Of a stretch of DNA of 64,000 nt, positions 12,801 to 24,060 are shown piece after piece. This DNA is from Glaucostegus cemiculus (Eukaryota), in assembly GCA_976551045.1 (NCBI GenBank), contig CDPCPM010000377.1, forward strand, positions 1,798,001 through 1,862,000. The letters run 5' to 3'. Under the pieces are notes generated by a model that saw nothing but the letters and a program-made list of their open reading frames with translations, was not told the DNA's origin and did not search any database. A program made the position numbers and the translations under genes. Position 1 is the first letter of the stretch. The number at the start of each line of letters is the position of its first letter.

Positions 12801-15800
12801 GGGAGATGGTCCCCACACACACACCGAACCCCCCCTCGCTGGGAGATGGTCCCCACACAGATGGTTCCTCAGACTGACTGTCGCTGGAAACATGACATTG
12901 GGTTTGTGGTCTGCGCGGGGGTTATTTGTGGAAGTGCTCGCGGTAAATGCTGCTGGTCACAGTGAGAACATCTGGGGAGAAACTGGGCTTGTGAGTTGTG
13001 GTGTAAGTGTCCATCCCCTGCCACTATTCTGTTCCATTCTGGCTCTCCATCCCCAGGTGTGCGATGTTTCAGCCCTGAAGGATCTCCCGTCTCTTCAGAC
13101 TCTGCACCTGGACAACACGAGCATCACTGAGGCTTCGCTCCAAGCACTGGGTTCCCATCCCACACTGTCCTCGCTCAGTGTGTCTGGCCTGCAGTCTCCC
13201 AGCGGAGATGTCACACTACAGCTGATCTCTGGTAAGTCGACAGTGGCCAGGCTGACCACTCACTGTCCACCCGTCTCTCCTCTGATCAGTCCAGTAGAAG
13301 ATCAAATCATTGAGGCTGCACAGAAGCTGCCAATGGAGTGTGCCACAGGCAGTGTGGAGGGAGCGAACTCTGGATCTGCTCATTGCTGACCCTTTCCTGG
13401 GAATATGTGGCAGGACAGTGGGGTGAGAACTTTACTCAGTGTTTCTTTTATTCCTCAAGGATATTCCACCACCCCCTCCCATGGGGCTGTCTAGAACCTG
13501 GGTGTGCAGTTTCAGAATAAGCATCTGCCCATTTCAGAGCTGAGGAAGAATCACCTCACTGAGGCTCATGAATCTTTGGAATTCTGCACTGCAGCAAGCT
13601 GTGAGGGCAGTGCCATTGACTGAAGGAGATTGACAGGCATTCAGTCTACAGGACGGTGCAGGGAAGAGGTGCTGAGGCCAAGGTTGGATCAACCATGGTC
13701 ATTTTGAAGGGTGGGGCAGGCCTTACGGACCAAGTGTCCTGGTTCTACTTGTGTTTCTTAAGGAGCTTTACTCTTAATCTAACCAGCATTGTTCCTGCCC
13801 TGGGACTGTGTGATGGGACGCTGTGGAGGGAACAGTGGATCTAACCTGCCCTGGGACTGTGTGATGGGACGCTGTGGAGGGAACAGTGGATCTAACCTGC
13901 CCTGGGACTGTGTGATGGGACGGTGTGGAGGGAACAGTGGATCTAACCTGCCCTGGGACCGTTTGATGGGACAGTGTGGAGGCAGCAGTGGATTAACCTG
14001 CCCTGGGACTGTGTGATGGGACGGTGTGGAGGGAACAGTGGATCTAATCTGCCCTGGGACCGTTTGATGGGACGGTGTGGAGGGAACAGTGGATCTAACC
14101 TGCCCTGGGACGGTGTGGAGGGGGGAAGGTTTACTCTGTTGTAATTTGAATTTGGAACCATTGTCCTCTGTCGTGTGTAGTCCCCTCTGTGTGGAATGGG
14201 CTGAGGCAACTCCCCTCTCATTTTGTTCCCCCTCTTATGCCCAGGTCTTAGGTTGACTCACCTGAAGCTCCCAGACAGACACTCGGTCAGTGACTCTGGT
14301 CTCTGCTTCCTGTCTCTCTTGGACCGGCTCCTGGAGCTTGACCTGACCGATTACACACACGTCACGGACGAAGGTGTCCGGCACCTCGCCCGGCTGCTGA
14401 GGTGAGTGATGAGCAGTTCCTCTGCCCTCACGGGTTGCTTCACTAATGGGGCCACCGGACGGCCGTAGGGGTGGGTGCAGGGCAAGGCCCGAGACTCCGG
14501 TGGGCTATGAAGGGGAAGTAGCGCTCTTCACACCCACTGGTGCCTCGGAACACACGGGAAAAGAACCCAAGAAAATAGGAGCGGGCCATTCAGCCCCTCA
14601 TTCTGTACGACCACGGCTGATCCATGCTGGGCTCGGCTCCCATTCCCTGCCATCACCCTCGCCTACGGCCTGGTGGTCCTGAGGCAAACAGATCGCGACC
14701 GAGGCAAGGAAAGACCTGAAAGCACCGGGTTCAGCGCTACGCAGCCTCTGATCACCGACCCCGCGATACCCGGTGGACCAGAGCTTGTGTTCACGCGTGG
14801 GCAGCGTGTCCGCACACTGGCTGTGAGTCTGCAGTGTGTGTTGCCCCACTCGTTGTGGTGTTTCGGACTGTGGCCTGGGGCAATGTGTGTGCACAGTCGT
14901 TCTTTGTTTAACGGGTGTGGTGTGCAGAGTCTCACTGACGGCTTCTGTCTACTTGTGCAGGTTGACCAGGCTGTCCCTGAGTAACACCCTGCTGACGGAC
15001 GCTGGGTTGGTTCACCTGCAGCCTCTGAAGCACCTGGAGGAACTCTGCCTCGACCGCACCAGTGTCGGCAGCAGGGCAGTGGCCCGGTGCATCAGGACCC
15101 TGCCCCATCTACAGGTCTGCACTGGCACGGTGACGGGTACTCCATGGGAAGGGCAGCAGGCTGGGTGACACTGGCTGCCCCTCCGCAGTTGCCCTCAGTT
15201 TGAGGCCTCGGTGATTTGGGGGGTACGTTGGTATAGAACGGGAGTGGTACGCTGGTCCAGGGCTGCTGGGGACGGCAGGTTTTCTTCCCCGAGAACCATC
15301 AGTGACCCGGCTGGGTTTCTGCGGTAACCCCGTCCCTCCCTGCTTCCAGCTTCTTACTCCTCTGCACGTTGGAGCAAGCTCCACCTAGCTCGGAAACAGG
15401 CCCTTCGGCCCAACACGTCCATGCCGACCAAGGTGCCCATATTTGACCCATATCCTTCCTATCCACATACCTGTCCAAGTGTCTCTTCAATGTACCTGCC
15501 TCAACCTCTTCCTCTGCAGCTCGTTCCACATACAGACCACCCTCTGGGTGGAAGACATTTCCCCTCAGGTTCCTCTCCCCTCTCACTTTGAAACCTCTGC
15601 CCCTCCAGTTCTTGATTCCCCAACCCTGGGGAAAAGGACTGTGTACATTCACCCTGTCTGTGCCCCCAAAACTTCCTAAACTGGCCTCGGTGGGGTTAGA
15701 ATTCCCATTGTTTGGGTCACTGGCCCAGGTGCCTAACGTCATTGATGTACAGAGGGATCTTGTGTCTGAGTCCACACCTGCCTGAAAATGGCCACAGAAG

Positions 15801-18800
15801 TAGGAAGAGTGGTAAGGAAAGCATATGACACGCTTGCCTTCATCGGTCGGGGGCACAGAGTATAAGAGTCAGAAAGTCACGTCGCAGCTGTACAAAACTT
15901 TGGTCAGGCCACACTTGGAGCACTGTGTGCGGTTCTGGTGCCCCCGTTACAGGAAGGATGTGGAGGCTGGATGTGGTTCACCAGGACGCTGCCTGGATTA
16001 GAGGGTATGAGCTATAAGGAGAGGTTGGGCAAACTTGGGTTGTTTTCTCTGGAGCGACGAAGGCTGAGGGGAGACCTGACAGAGGTTTATAAGAGCACGA
16101 GAGGCAGAGAGCAGGTAGACGTTCAGAATCTTTTTCCCCATAGTAGAGTTGTTGAAGTCTAGAGGGCAGAGCTTTAAGGTTAGAGAGGGGAAGTTTAAAG
16201 AGGACGTGCGAGGGAAGTTTTTTTACACAGTGGCGTGGAACGGACTGCCAGGGGCAGACGCGATCCACCACTGTTGTATCTGCTCTGTATCGTGGAAGCA
16301 GATATGATGGGGCATGTGAATATGCAGGGAATGGTGGACGTGGATCGTGTGTAAACAGATGGGATTAGTTTAACTTGGTGTCATGGTCAGCACCAATATG
16401 GTGGGCCGAAGGGCCTGTTCCTGTGCAGCCACGGTACCACTGAACATCTGTGAGGGCCAGGGCAAGCGTGATGAACGCTGGGGTCCTGGGAACACCAATC
16501 ACCCAGACCGGGGTTGGGGGAGAGGGTGTGGGGTGGGGAGTGTGTGAGGGGTGGGGTGTAGTAGGGGTGGTGTGTATGTTGACCGTCAGCCAGCACAACC
16601 AGTGAATCAGCGCCTGTTACACTCTTGTCACACACGGACGTGCATTTCCAGAGCCGTTACTGAGGGGTTGTAGCTTCCAGGATGGATTGAACGGGATGAG
16701 GAAACACCTTGAAAGGACTGGATTGGTTAGATATTGAGAAGTTAGGTCCATGGTAGGACAGCTGGTACTCGGCAGAATCCCCTCCACCCAGAGAGAGGGG
16801 GAATGTGGAGCTTGCCCCCACTAGGGGTGAGTGGGTGCGGTGGGTAAAGAGCAAAGATGGATTTAAGGGGAGCTGGATAAAGAGCTGGGAGCAAGGAATC
16901 CCGGGTGTGGTGTTGGGGGGAGATGGGAGCAGGCCGGTGTGGAACAGAAAGACCTCCGGGGTGAAAGGTCGGTTTGTGTGCAGTGCCCATCCTGTGGAGT
17001 TCCTCACTTGCAGGCAAGGGTGTCGTTCACAGAGTTACCAAGTGATGCTTCCTGACTGCTAAAACTGCTCACCAATACCCATTCTGAGTTCTGGCAGGGC
17101 TATTGCTCAACGTTCTGGGTCACATTGGCCAGGAACTCAACTGGACTGGTCCTAAGTGCTGTGGCTATGAGCCGGTCAGAGGCTGGGAATCTGCTGGTGG
17201 ATGGCTCACGTCCTGGTGACCCAGAGCATTTCCAGCATCTACAAGGCAAGAGTCAGGACGTGATGGACACTCTGCCCTTGGCCTGGGTGAGGGCAGCTCC
17301 AACAAGGCTCAAGGAGCTCAGCACCCTGAGCATTAATTCCCCTCTCCACTGGCACACAGCATCTGTAGCGTCGACAAATGTACTCACACAGGCTACTCCC
17401 AGGCACCTCCCAAATCCAGGGCCTGTACCCCTGCGCCCGGGAGCACCACCACCTGCAGGTTCCCCTCCAGGTTGCATGCCATCCTGACTTGGAGATATAT
17501 CGCCGGTCACTGCGTCCAAACCCCGGAACCCCCTCCAAACGCTGTGGGGGCACCATCACCAGGACTGCGGCGGTTCCAGAGGTCAGCGCACGCCCACCGT
17601 TACCAGGGCAATAAATACTGGCCCTGCCAGCGGTGCCCAGTTCCCCAAGAAGCAAACAGTGTCCTTGGTCTCGTTTGTCTCCTCACAAACCTCTCGTCTA
17701 GTTTTGCTCTGTACCTGAGGCAGCTCGATTCATACCCACAAAACCGGCTTTACTTAAGTTCGGGATTCCCGGGGGGGGTTCTGTCTAATATCCATTATAT
17801 TTGAAGCAAAGAGGAGGGGTGGGTGTGCAGATGTCAGAGTGGGTGCAGTGAGGGGGTGGGGGGGAGACACTGTGCCTGGGCTGGGTCCAGCTGAGTAACT
17901 AGTCACTGTCGGTGTGTTTAACCGCAGGTGTTGAGCTTGGCATCGACCGGTGTCGGGGACACGGTGGTGACACAGGGGCTGCTGCACTGCGTCCAACTGC
18001 TGAAGATCAACCTAAGCCGGACTCGCATCACGGACATAGGTACTGGCCCCTCCTGAAGCACCCACGGAGCCCCCTGTATCTCTGCCCTGGCTTCCAACTC
18101 ACTGACCACATTCAGCAGACTGCAAGCTGGCTCCCCCCGAGCAGGTGGAGCAGAAGCCACAGTGTACCCTCAGTGTGAGATACTCTCCTCCCTCTAGTGA
18201 AGAAACTGCCCCTCCACTCCCTTTGAAATCTTTCCCCTCTCACCATAAACCTATGCACTCATTATCAGCTTCCCAACCCTGGGGAGATAAAAGGCCACAC
18301 ATTCACCCTATCTATGCCCCTCAAGGTTTTATACACCTCTCTAGGGTCACCCCTCAGTCCCCTACGCTCCAGTGAATAAAGTCCCAACCTGTCCAGCCTC
18401 TCCCTACACCTCAGCTGCTGGAATCCAGGCAACATCCTTGTAAATCTTCTCTGCCCTCCTTCCAGCTTAATGAAGTCTTCCCTATAACAGGGCGGCCAAA
18501 ACTATACACAATGCTTGCCAACACCTCGCACAACTGCCACACGACTTCCCAGCTCCTATACTCAACGATGAAGGCCAGTGTGCCAGACGCCACCTTCACC
18601 ACCCTGGCTACCTGTGATACCGCGGCGGATCGGGGGTTAATTTCTCTGTCCGGGCCTTCATCGGAGACCGATGTGACGTGTACCCAGCTGACGGGCCGTC
18701 TTTTGTGCTCTGGTTTCCAGGCCTGAAGTACTTGAGCCAGACCAAGGTGGTCCAGGTGAACCTTGACGGAACAGGAGTGACGCTGCCTGGTATCAGCGCA

Positions 18801-18902
18801 CTGATGGCAAACTGCCCCGGAATCGCCAGCATCCGTGCCCACAACCTGCGCGCCCTCCCTCTGGACCAGGCCTCTGATGAGGAGATGGTGGCTGAGGACT
18901 GA
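685..18902 (+). CDS. Spliced gene, 5'-partial: UBX domain + SHP-like motifs + BC/Cul2-box-like segment + LRR protein. join(685..834,1790..2342,3032..3154,3902..3998,5281..5483,9050..9292,9915..10013,11777..11970,13057..13231,14245..14401,14961..15114,17928..18039,18721..18902)
   Basis: 13 exons, all AG/GT-flanked with matching phases; 2442 nt in total = 813 codons + TGA, no internal stop. UBX-type IRLPSG...[10 protein letters not shown]...[15 protein letters not shown], followed by repeated LxxLxLxxT/C-I/V-S/T-D LRR units. Confidence 0.9.
1145..1640 (-). mobile_element. CR1 LINE 3' fragment
   Basis: DSQRLFPRV...TRGH...GAWNTLP; aacatagaacat tail. Confidence 0.85.
1790..2342 (+). CDS. UBX-LRR gene exon: UBX domain plus linker
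   Basis: ccttcag|ATC AGG CTT CCA; [26 protein letters not shown]...QGFPKRCF...; donor G|gtaaga. Confidence 0.9.
3032..3154 (+). CDS. UBX-LRR gene exon: acidic linker
   Basis: tacacag|GG CGG GGA CAG AGG TTG completes HSWGRGQRL across the splice; donor G|gttagc. Confidence 0.8.
3902..3998 (+). CDS. UBX-LRR gene exon
   Basis: cttctag|CC TTC GAC; [33 protein letters not shown]; donor AG|gtgggt. Confidence 0.8.
5281..5483 (+). CDS. UBX-LRR gene exon containing BC-box-like VPSLFNLA
   Basis: gctgcag|G GAG GAG; ...[21 protein letters not shown]; donor G|gtgtgt. Confidence 0.82.
5680..7045 (-). mobile_element. CR1 LINE RT fragment
   Basis: [32 protein letters not shown] with frameshifts. Confidence 0.88.
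7048..7255. repeat. Dispersed short element with long inverted arms (possibly Penelope-derived); other copies at about 945-1100, 24710-24850, 40165-40970, 47935-48420, 49230-49350, 56050-56260, 58040-58330 and 59015-59120
   Basis: Left arm gatgctggaa...gagcaac...gaac(c)tcagc...gagcagcatctgtgg is the reverse complement of right arm acagatgctgctcgacc.gctgagtt..ctccagca. Confidence 0.7.
7565..8020 (+). mobile_element. Rex1/Babar-like LINE 3' fragment
   Basis: [25 protein letters not shown] plus a conserved 3' UTR; UTR-only copies at about 9545-9830, 24080-24180 and 42000-42230 (-). Confidence 0.75.
8560..8880 (-). mobile_element. Rex1/Babar-like LINE 3' fragment
   Basis: [13 protein letters not shown]...[20 protein letters not shown]. 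Confidence 0.75.
9050..9292 (+). CDS. UBX-LRR gene exon: Cul2-box-like helix and first LRR
   Basis: ccctag|CG CCC AGT; [43 protein letters not shown]...[13 protein letters not shown]; donor G|gtacag. Confidence 0.9.
9915..10013 (+). CDS. UBX-LRR gene LRR exon
   Basis: ttctag|AT TCC; [33 protein letters not shown]; donor G|gtttgt. Confidence 0.88.
10595..11470. mobile_element. Two CR1 3' fragments, tail to tail (+ 10595-10820; - 10940-11470)
   Basis: [11 protein letters not shown] on +; [12 protein letters not shown] on -; gttcta/tagaac tails. Confidence 0.8.
11777..11970 (+). CDS. UBX-LRR gene LRR exon
   Basis: tcacag|GT CTC; [15 protein letters not shown]...[13 protein letters not shown]...[10 protein letters not shown]; donor |gtcagt. 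Confidence 0.88.
12120..12858. repeat. 40-bp minisatellite, about 18 copies
   Basis: Unit gggccccacacacacactgacccccccctcgctgggagat. Confidence 0.95.
13057..13231 (+). CDS. UBX-LRR gene LRR exon
   Basis: ccccag|GTG TGC; [25 protein letters not shown]...; donor G|gtaagt. Confidence 0.88.
13795..14120. repeat. 51-bp minisatellite, about 6 copies
   Basis: Unit tctaacctgccctgggactgtgtgatgggacggtgtggagggaacagtgga. Confidence 0.93.
14245..14401 (+). CDS. UBX-LRR gene LRR exon
   Basis: gcccag|GT CTT; [17 protein letters not shown]...[20 protein letters not shown]; donor AG|gtgagt. Confidence 0.88.
14961..15114 (+). CDS. UBX-LRR gene LRR exon
   Basis: gtgcag|G TTG; [35 protein letters not shown]...PHLQ; donor |gtctgc. 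Confidence 0.88.
15390..16430. mobile_element. CR1 fragments (- 15390-15650; + 15740-16430)
   Basis: [34 protein letters not shown]; gggccgaagggcctg 3' UTR. Confidence 0.8.
17928..18039 (+). CDS. UBX-LRR gene LRR exon
   Basis: ccgcag|GTG TTG AGC; [37 protein letters not shown]; donor G|gtactg. This frame is missed by the ORF track. Confidence 0.85.
18170..18620 (-). mobile_element. CR1 fragment
   Basis: Degenerate CR1 RT C-terminal region on the minus strand. Confidence 0.65.
18721..18902 (+). CDS. UBX-LRR gene last coding exon
   Basis: ttccag|GC CTG AAG; [21 protein letters not shown]...EEMVAED*. Confidence 0.87.
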
Positions 18903-19144
18903 TGAGCAGCCTGCACTGAAAGGATGGTGTGTGTATCCAAGTAGGGCCTCACCTGACCTGGGAGTGAGTGTCGGGGCAGTGCAGAGGGAGCTCTACTCTT
19001 ATCTAACCTGTGCTGTCCCTGCCACAGCAGTGAGGAGGGAGCATTACCCTGCGTTTTGTGTTCTTGGGAATTGCACAGGCAACATTATAACCCATGCTGT
19101 TCCTGCCCTGGGAGTGTGTGACCAGACAGAGGTACAGGGAGCTT

Positions 19145-19780
19145 CACACTGTGTCTAACCCCGGGAGTGTGTGATTGGATGGTGTGGAAGGAACTTCACC
19201 CTGTGTCTAACCCCGGGAGTGTGTGACAGGACAGTGTGGAGGGAGCCTCACCCTGTGTCTGACCCTGGGAGTGTGTGACGGGACGGTGCAGGGGGAGCCT
19301 CACCCTGTCTCTAACCCCGGGAGTGTGTGATGGGTCGGTGTGGAAGGAACTTCACCCTGTGTCTGACCCCGGGAGTGTGTGACAGGACAGTGTGGAGGGA
19401 GCCTCACCCTGTGTCTGACCCTGGGAGTGTGTTACGGGACGGTGCAGGGGGAGCCTCACCCTGTCTCTAACCCCGGGAGTGTGTGATGGGTCGGTGTGGA
19501 AGGAACTTCACCCTGCGTCTGACCCCGGGAGTGTGTGACAGGACAGTGTGGAGGGAGCCTCACCCTGTGTCTGACCCTGGGAGTGTGTTACGGGACGGTG
19601 CAGGGGGAGCCTCACCCTGTCTCTAACCCCGGGAGTGTGTGATGGGTCGGTGTGGAAGGAACTTCACCCTGCGTCTGACCCCGGGAGTGTGTGACAGGAC
19701 GGTGCAGGGGGAGCCTCACCCTGTGTCTAACCCCAGGAGTGTGTGACGGGACAGTGCGGGGGGAGCCTCACCCTGTGTCC
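19145..19780. repeat. 52-bp satellite with a 156-bp higher-order repeat, in the 3' UTR region
   Basis: Unit ccctgtgtctaaccccgggagtgtgtga.....gag/aacttca; diagnostic gggtcggtgtggaagg at 19332, 19488 and 19644. Confidence 0.93.
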
Positions 19781-20373
19781 AACATACTGTCCGTTTCTTT
19801 CCCCAGTTGCCAATGTCCTGGTTGCTGGTATTGAATTGTGGGAGGGTTTGAGAGGAACATTTCCTGCAAGATCCCCACAATGGGCAGCCCCTGCAAACCC
19901 ACTCACACCGAGGGATGCAGTGGGTCACCTAGTTTTGTTCACCGGTTACATTGGTCAGTCTCAAACTTTGAACACGTTAGCTTGTGCAGGGACAGTGACT
20001 GAAAGGGTCAGGCTGACAGGAGCTGCTGCTGTGACCGAAGGTATCTGATCCACAAGCAATGAGACTCTGGAACAGCCAAGCATTGCTCTCCTCTCCTTTG
20101 CGTGGGGCTCAGCTATAGCATGCATCCCACTGCACCCCTCTCTCACCACCCCTCCCAGTATCCCGCACCTCCCCCACTGCCTGGTGTCCTTGCAGCCGTG
20201 TTTGGACTGTACTGATCCACTGATGTTTATGAGTAAACCCCCCTCTTCACTGGCCCTTCACTGTGTCTCCAGTTATTTTCTGCAAAGTGCTTTAAGGTAG
20301 AAATGACTGCTGTAATCGAGGAAATGGGTTAACTAATTATTGTACAGCATTCTCCCATAGTGTCCAATGTGTA

Positions 20374-20474
20374 AATAAACACTGATGTTTGTGAGAGTTC
20401 AAAGGCTTAAATATCATTTAAATATTGTTCTGGTGAATCTGTGCCTGTCTGGTTAATGTCTCATGTGAAATAAA
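20374..20474 (+). terminator. Candidate polyadenylation signals of the UBX-LRR gene
   Basis: AATAAA at 20374-20379 and 20469-20474 in an AT-rich stretch about 1.5 kb after the stop. Confidence 0.5.
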
Positions 20475-20639
20475 ACTCCTCTGACGGTGTGTCACTCCCT
20501 TGGCGCCGTCCCTCTGACACCATCACTCCCTCTGACGGCTGTTACTCCAGCTGTCACTCCCTCCTCAGCATGTCATTCACTCTGACGGCTCCGTTACTCC
20601 AGCTGTCACTCCCTCTGACGGCTCTGTCCCTTCGGTGCC

Positions 20640-22890
20640 AGAGGTCCCAACAAGAGAGGGTGCGATACTGGATCTCCTCTTGGGGAACGAGACAGGGCAG
20701 GTGAGAGAAGTGTGTGTTAGGGGAACACTTTGGATCTAGAGATCATAATTCTATTAGTTAGATTAATATTTGAAAAGGATAGGACTGGTCCTCAGGCTGA
20801 GATTCTAACCTGGAGTAAGGCCACTTTTGATGGCATCAGAAGGGATCTGGCAGGTGTGGATTGGGACAGGCTGTTTTCTGGCAAAGAGATGCTTGGTAAG
20901 TGGGAGGCTTTCAAAAGTGAAATATTGAGAGTGCAGAATCTGTATGTTCCTGTTACAATAAAAGGCAAGGCTAACAGGTTTAGGGAAGCTTGGTTATTGA
21001 AGGATATTGAGGCACCGGTAAAGAAAAAGGAGGCACATATCAGGTTGAGGCAGGATCAAATGAGGCGCTTGAGGGGTGTAAGAACTGCAAGAGAACACGA
21101 GAGAAATCAGGAGGGCAAAAAGAGGACATGAGGTTACTCTGGCAGACAGGGTGAAAGAGAATCCCAAGGGTTTCTGTAGCTATATTAAGAGCAAAAGGGT
21201 AGCAAGGGACAAAATTGGTCCTCTTGAAGATCAGTGTGGTCACCTATGTCTGGAGCTGAAAGGGATGAGGGAGATTTTAAATGAATTTTTTGCATCTGTG
21301 TTTACTTTGGAGACACAGAGACCATAGAACTGAGGCAAAAGAGTGCGGTCATGGACTGTATCCGGATTACAGAAGAGGGGCTGCTGGCTGTCTTGAGGCA
21401 AATTAGGGTGGATAAATCCCCAGGGCCAGATAAGGTGTCTCCTTGGACCTTGTGGGAAGCTAGTGCAGAAATTGCAGGGGTCCTGGCAGAGATATTTATA
21501 GTGTCCCCAGCCATGGGTGAGTTGTTGGATGATAGCTAGTGTTGTTCCATAGTTCAAGAAAGGCTGTAAGAATAAACCAGGAAGTGTTAGGCTGGTGAAC
21601 CTGATGTCAGTCATGGGTAAATTATTGGAAGGCATGCTAAGGGGCAGGATATGTAAGTATTTGGATAGACAAGGCCAGATTAGGGATAGTCAACACAGCT
21701 TTGTGCTTGGTGGGTCATGTCTAACCAATCTTAAGAGTTCTTCAAGGAAGCTACCAAAGTCTGAGGGAAAGGCAGTGGATGTTGGCAAGGCCTTTGACAG
21801 AGTCCCACATGGGAGGCTGCTCTAGAAGGTTAAGCCGTTTGGCATTCAGGATGAAGTAGTCAATTGGGTTCAATGTTGGCTTAGCGGGAGAAGTTGGAGA
21901 GCAGTAGTAGATGGTTTTCTCTCTGACTGGAAGCCTGTAACTAGTGGTGTGACACAGGGATCGGTGCTGGGTCTGTTGTTTATCATCTGTATTAATGATT
22001 TAGATGATAATGTGGGAAACTGGATCAGCAAATTTGCAGATGACACCAAGATTGGAGGCGTAGTGGATAGTGAGGAAGGCTGTCAAAGCTTGCGGTGTGA
22101 TCTGGACCAGCTGGGAAAATGGGCTGAAAAATGACAGATGGAATTTAATGCAGACAAGTGTAAGGTGATGCACTTTGGGAAGGCAAACCAGGGTAAGACT
22201 CACACACTGAATGGTAGGGCTCTGAGGTATGCAATAGAACAAAGGGAGCTGGGAATACAGATCCATAGTTCCTTGAAAGTGGCATCACAGGTAGATAGGG
22301 TCATAAAGAGAGCTTTTGGCACTTTGGCCTTCAAAAATCAGCACACTGAGTACAGGAGTTGGGATGTTATGTTGAAGTTGTACAAGATGATGGTGAGGCT
22401 GAATTTAGAGTATTGTGTGCAGTTCTGGTCACCTACCTACAGGAAAGATATCAATAAGCTTGAAAGAGTGCAGAGAAAATTTACAAGGATATTGCCAGGA
22501 CTTTAGGATCTGAGTTATAGGGAAAGGTTGAATAGGTTAGGACTTTATTCCCTGGAGCACAGGAGATCTTGTAGAGTTGAACAAAATTATGAGGTGTATA
22601 GATAGAGTGAATGCATGCAGGGTGAGACTAGACCTAGTGGTGATAGGTTTAGGGTGAAAGGTGAAATGTTTAAGGGGAAACTTGTTCAGAGGGAGGAGTG
22701 AGTGTAGAATGAGCTGCCAGCGGAAGCGGTAGATGTGGGTTCAGTTGTATCACTTGAGAAGTTTGGATAGGTACATGGATGGGAGGGGTTTGGAGGGATA
22801 TTGGTTCGGGTGCAGGTAGATGGGACTAGGCAGAAGATCAGGTCAGCATGAACTAGATGGGCTGAAGGGCCTGTTTCTGTGCTGTAGTGC
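20640..22890 (+). mobile_element. Long decayed CR1 LINE ORF2 and 3' UTR
   Basis: [42 protein letters not shown] with stops and frameshifts. Confidence 0.9.
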
Positions 22891-23469
22891 TCTCTCTCTC
22901 CCTGGATCTTCACTTTCCTGGTGTGTCCCTGCTCTCTGGATTTATTTCCTTGTTCTAAACTCATCCTCCCTCATTCCCACTCTCCTTATTGTCTCCTCCA
23001 GCCATACGGAGGTTGAAGGTTCCCACAGGATGTCTTGAAGCCTGTGGACATTTGTACCTCAGTCAGTCAGGAGTCTGGAGCTGTGTGAAGCCACCATCAG
23101 CAATCACCAACAGTGGGTGGACCGTTCCAAAAAGGAATTAAAAAGGCTGACAATCCTTATTTCACAAGGACTGGGAGTTATGGCATCGTAACTTCCAACA
23201 GGGAGCCAGATAAATAACTTCCACAGCCCTACACAAAGAGCAAGAGCCTGGGACAGAGGGACGGAACCCTCAGAGATAGTATAGGTACAGTGGGCTGAGT
23301 GGCCTCTTGCACGTCTGTGAATTCAGTTCCGGCCACCACACCGAGTTAGTGAGGTGACAATGGGTTGTGTTCCTAGAGTGTGGAAGATGAAGGGGGATCA
23401 GATTTAGATACTGAAGACAATTGGGCAGAGAGGGAGGGAAACCATTGTCCACTAGAAAGGGAGGGAGTC

Positions 23470-24060
23470 CAGGACATGAAGGTGACACACTTTGGGAAGA
23501 CTAATGAAGGTAGGACATACACCATGAATGGTAGGTCCCCAGGGGGGAACAGGGTGACCTTGGTGTGCAGGTCTAAGGATCCATGAGTGTGGTAGTGTAG
23601 GTAAGTAAGGTGGTGAAGATATCTGGAATACTGGTGTTCTTTGGCCAGGGCAGGTGGGACATCATGTTACAGCTGTAAAAGATGTTGGTAAGGCCATGCG
23701 GAGTACTGTATACAGTTCTGGGCACCCTGCTGTGGGAAGGAGGTCATTAAATTAGAAAGGGTGCAAAAAAGATTCACAAGGATGTTATCAGGACTGGAGG
23801 GCTTGGGTTATAAGGACAGACTGGATAGGCCGGGACTGTTTTCCCTGGAGGCTGAGGGGTGTAGAGGTTTATAAAGTCATGGGGGGAGTATACAAGGTGG
23901 ATGGTCACAGTCTTCTTCCCAGAGGAGCTGAGAGGGCATTGGTTTAAAGTGAGAGGAGAAAGATTTAAAAGGGGACGTGAGGGGCAACTTTTTCTCACAG
24001 AGGGGGGTGGGTGTGTGGAACGAGCTGCCAGAGGAAGTGGCAAAAGTAGTTACAACATTC
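23470..24060 (+). mobile_element. CR1 fragment
   Basis: KVTHFGKTNEGRTYTMNGR...RGHWFKVRGERF. Confidence 0.8.

Noticed and set aside
11886-12965. Repetitive Cys/Gly-rich ORFs in all frames
   Set aside because: Translations of the 40-bp minisatellite inside an intron.
12120-19780. Regular repeat arrays that superficially resemble CRISPR
   Set aside because: No unique spacers and no cas genes; vertebrate genomic context.
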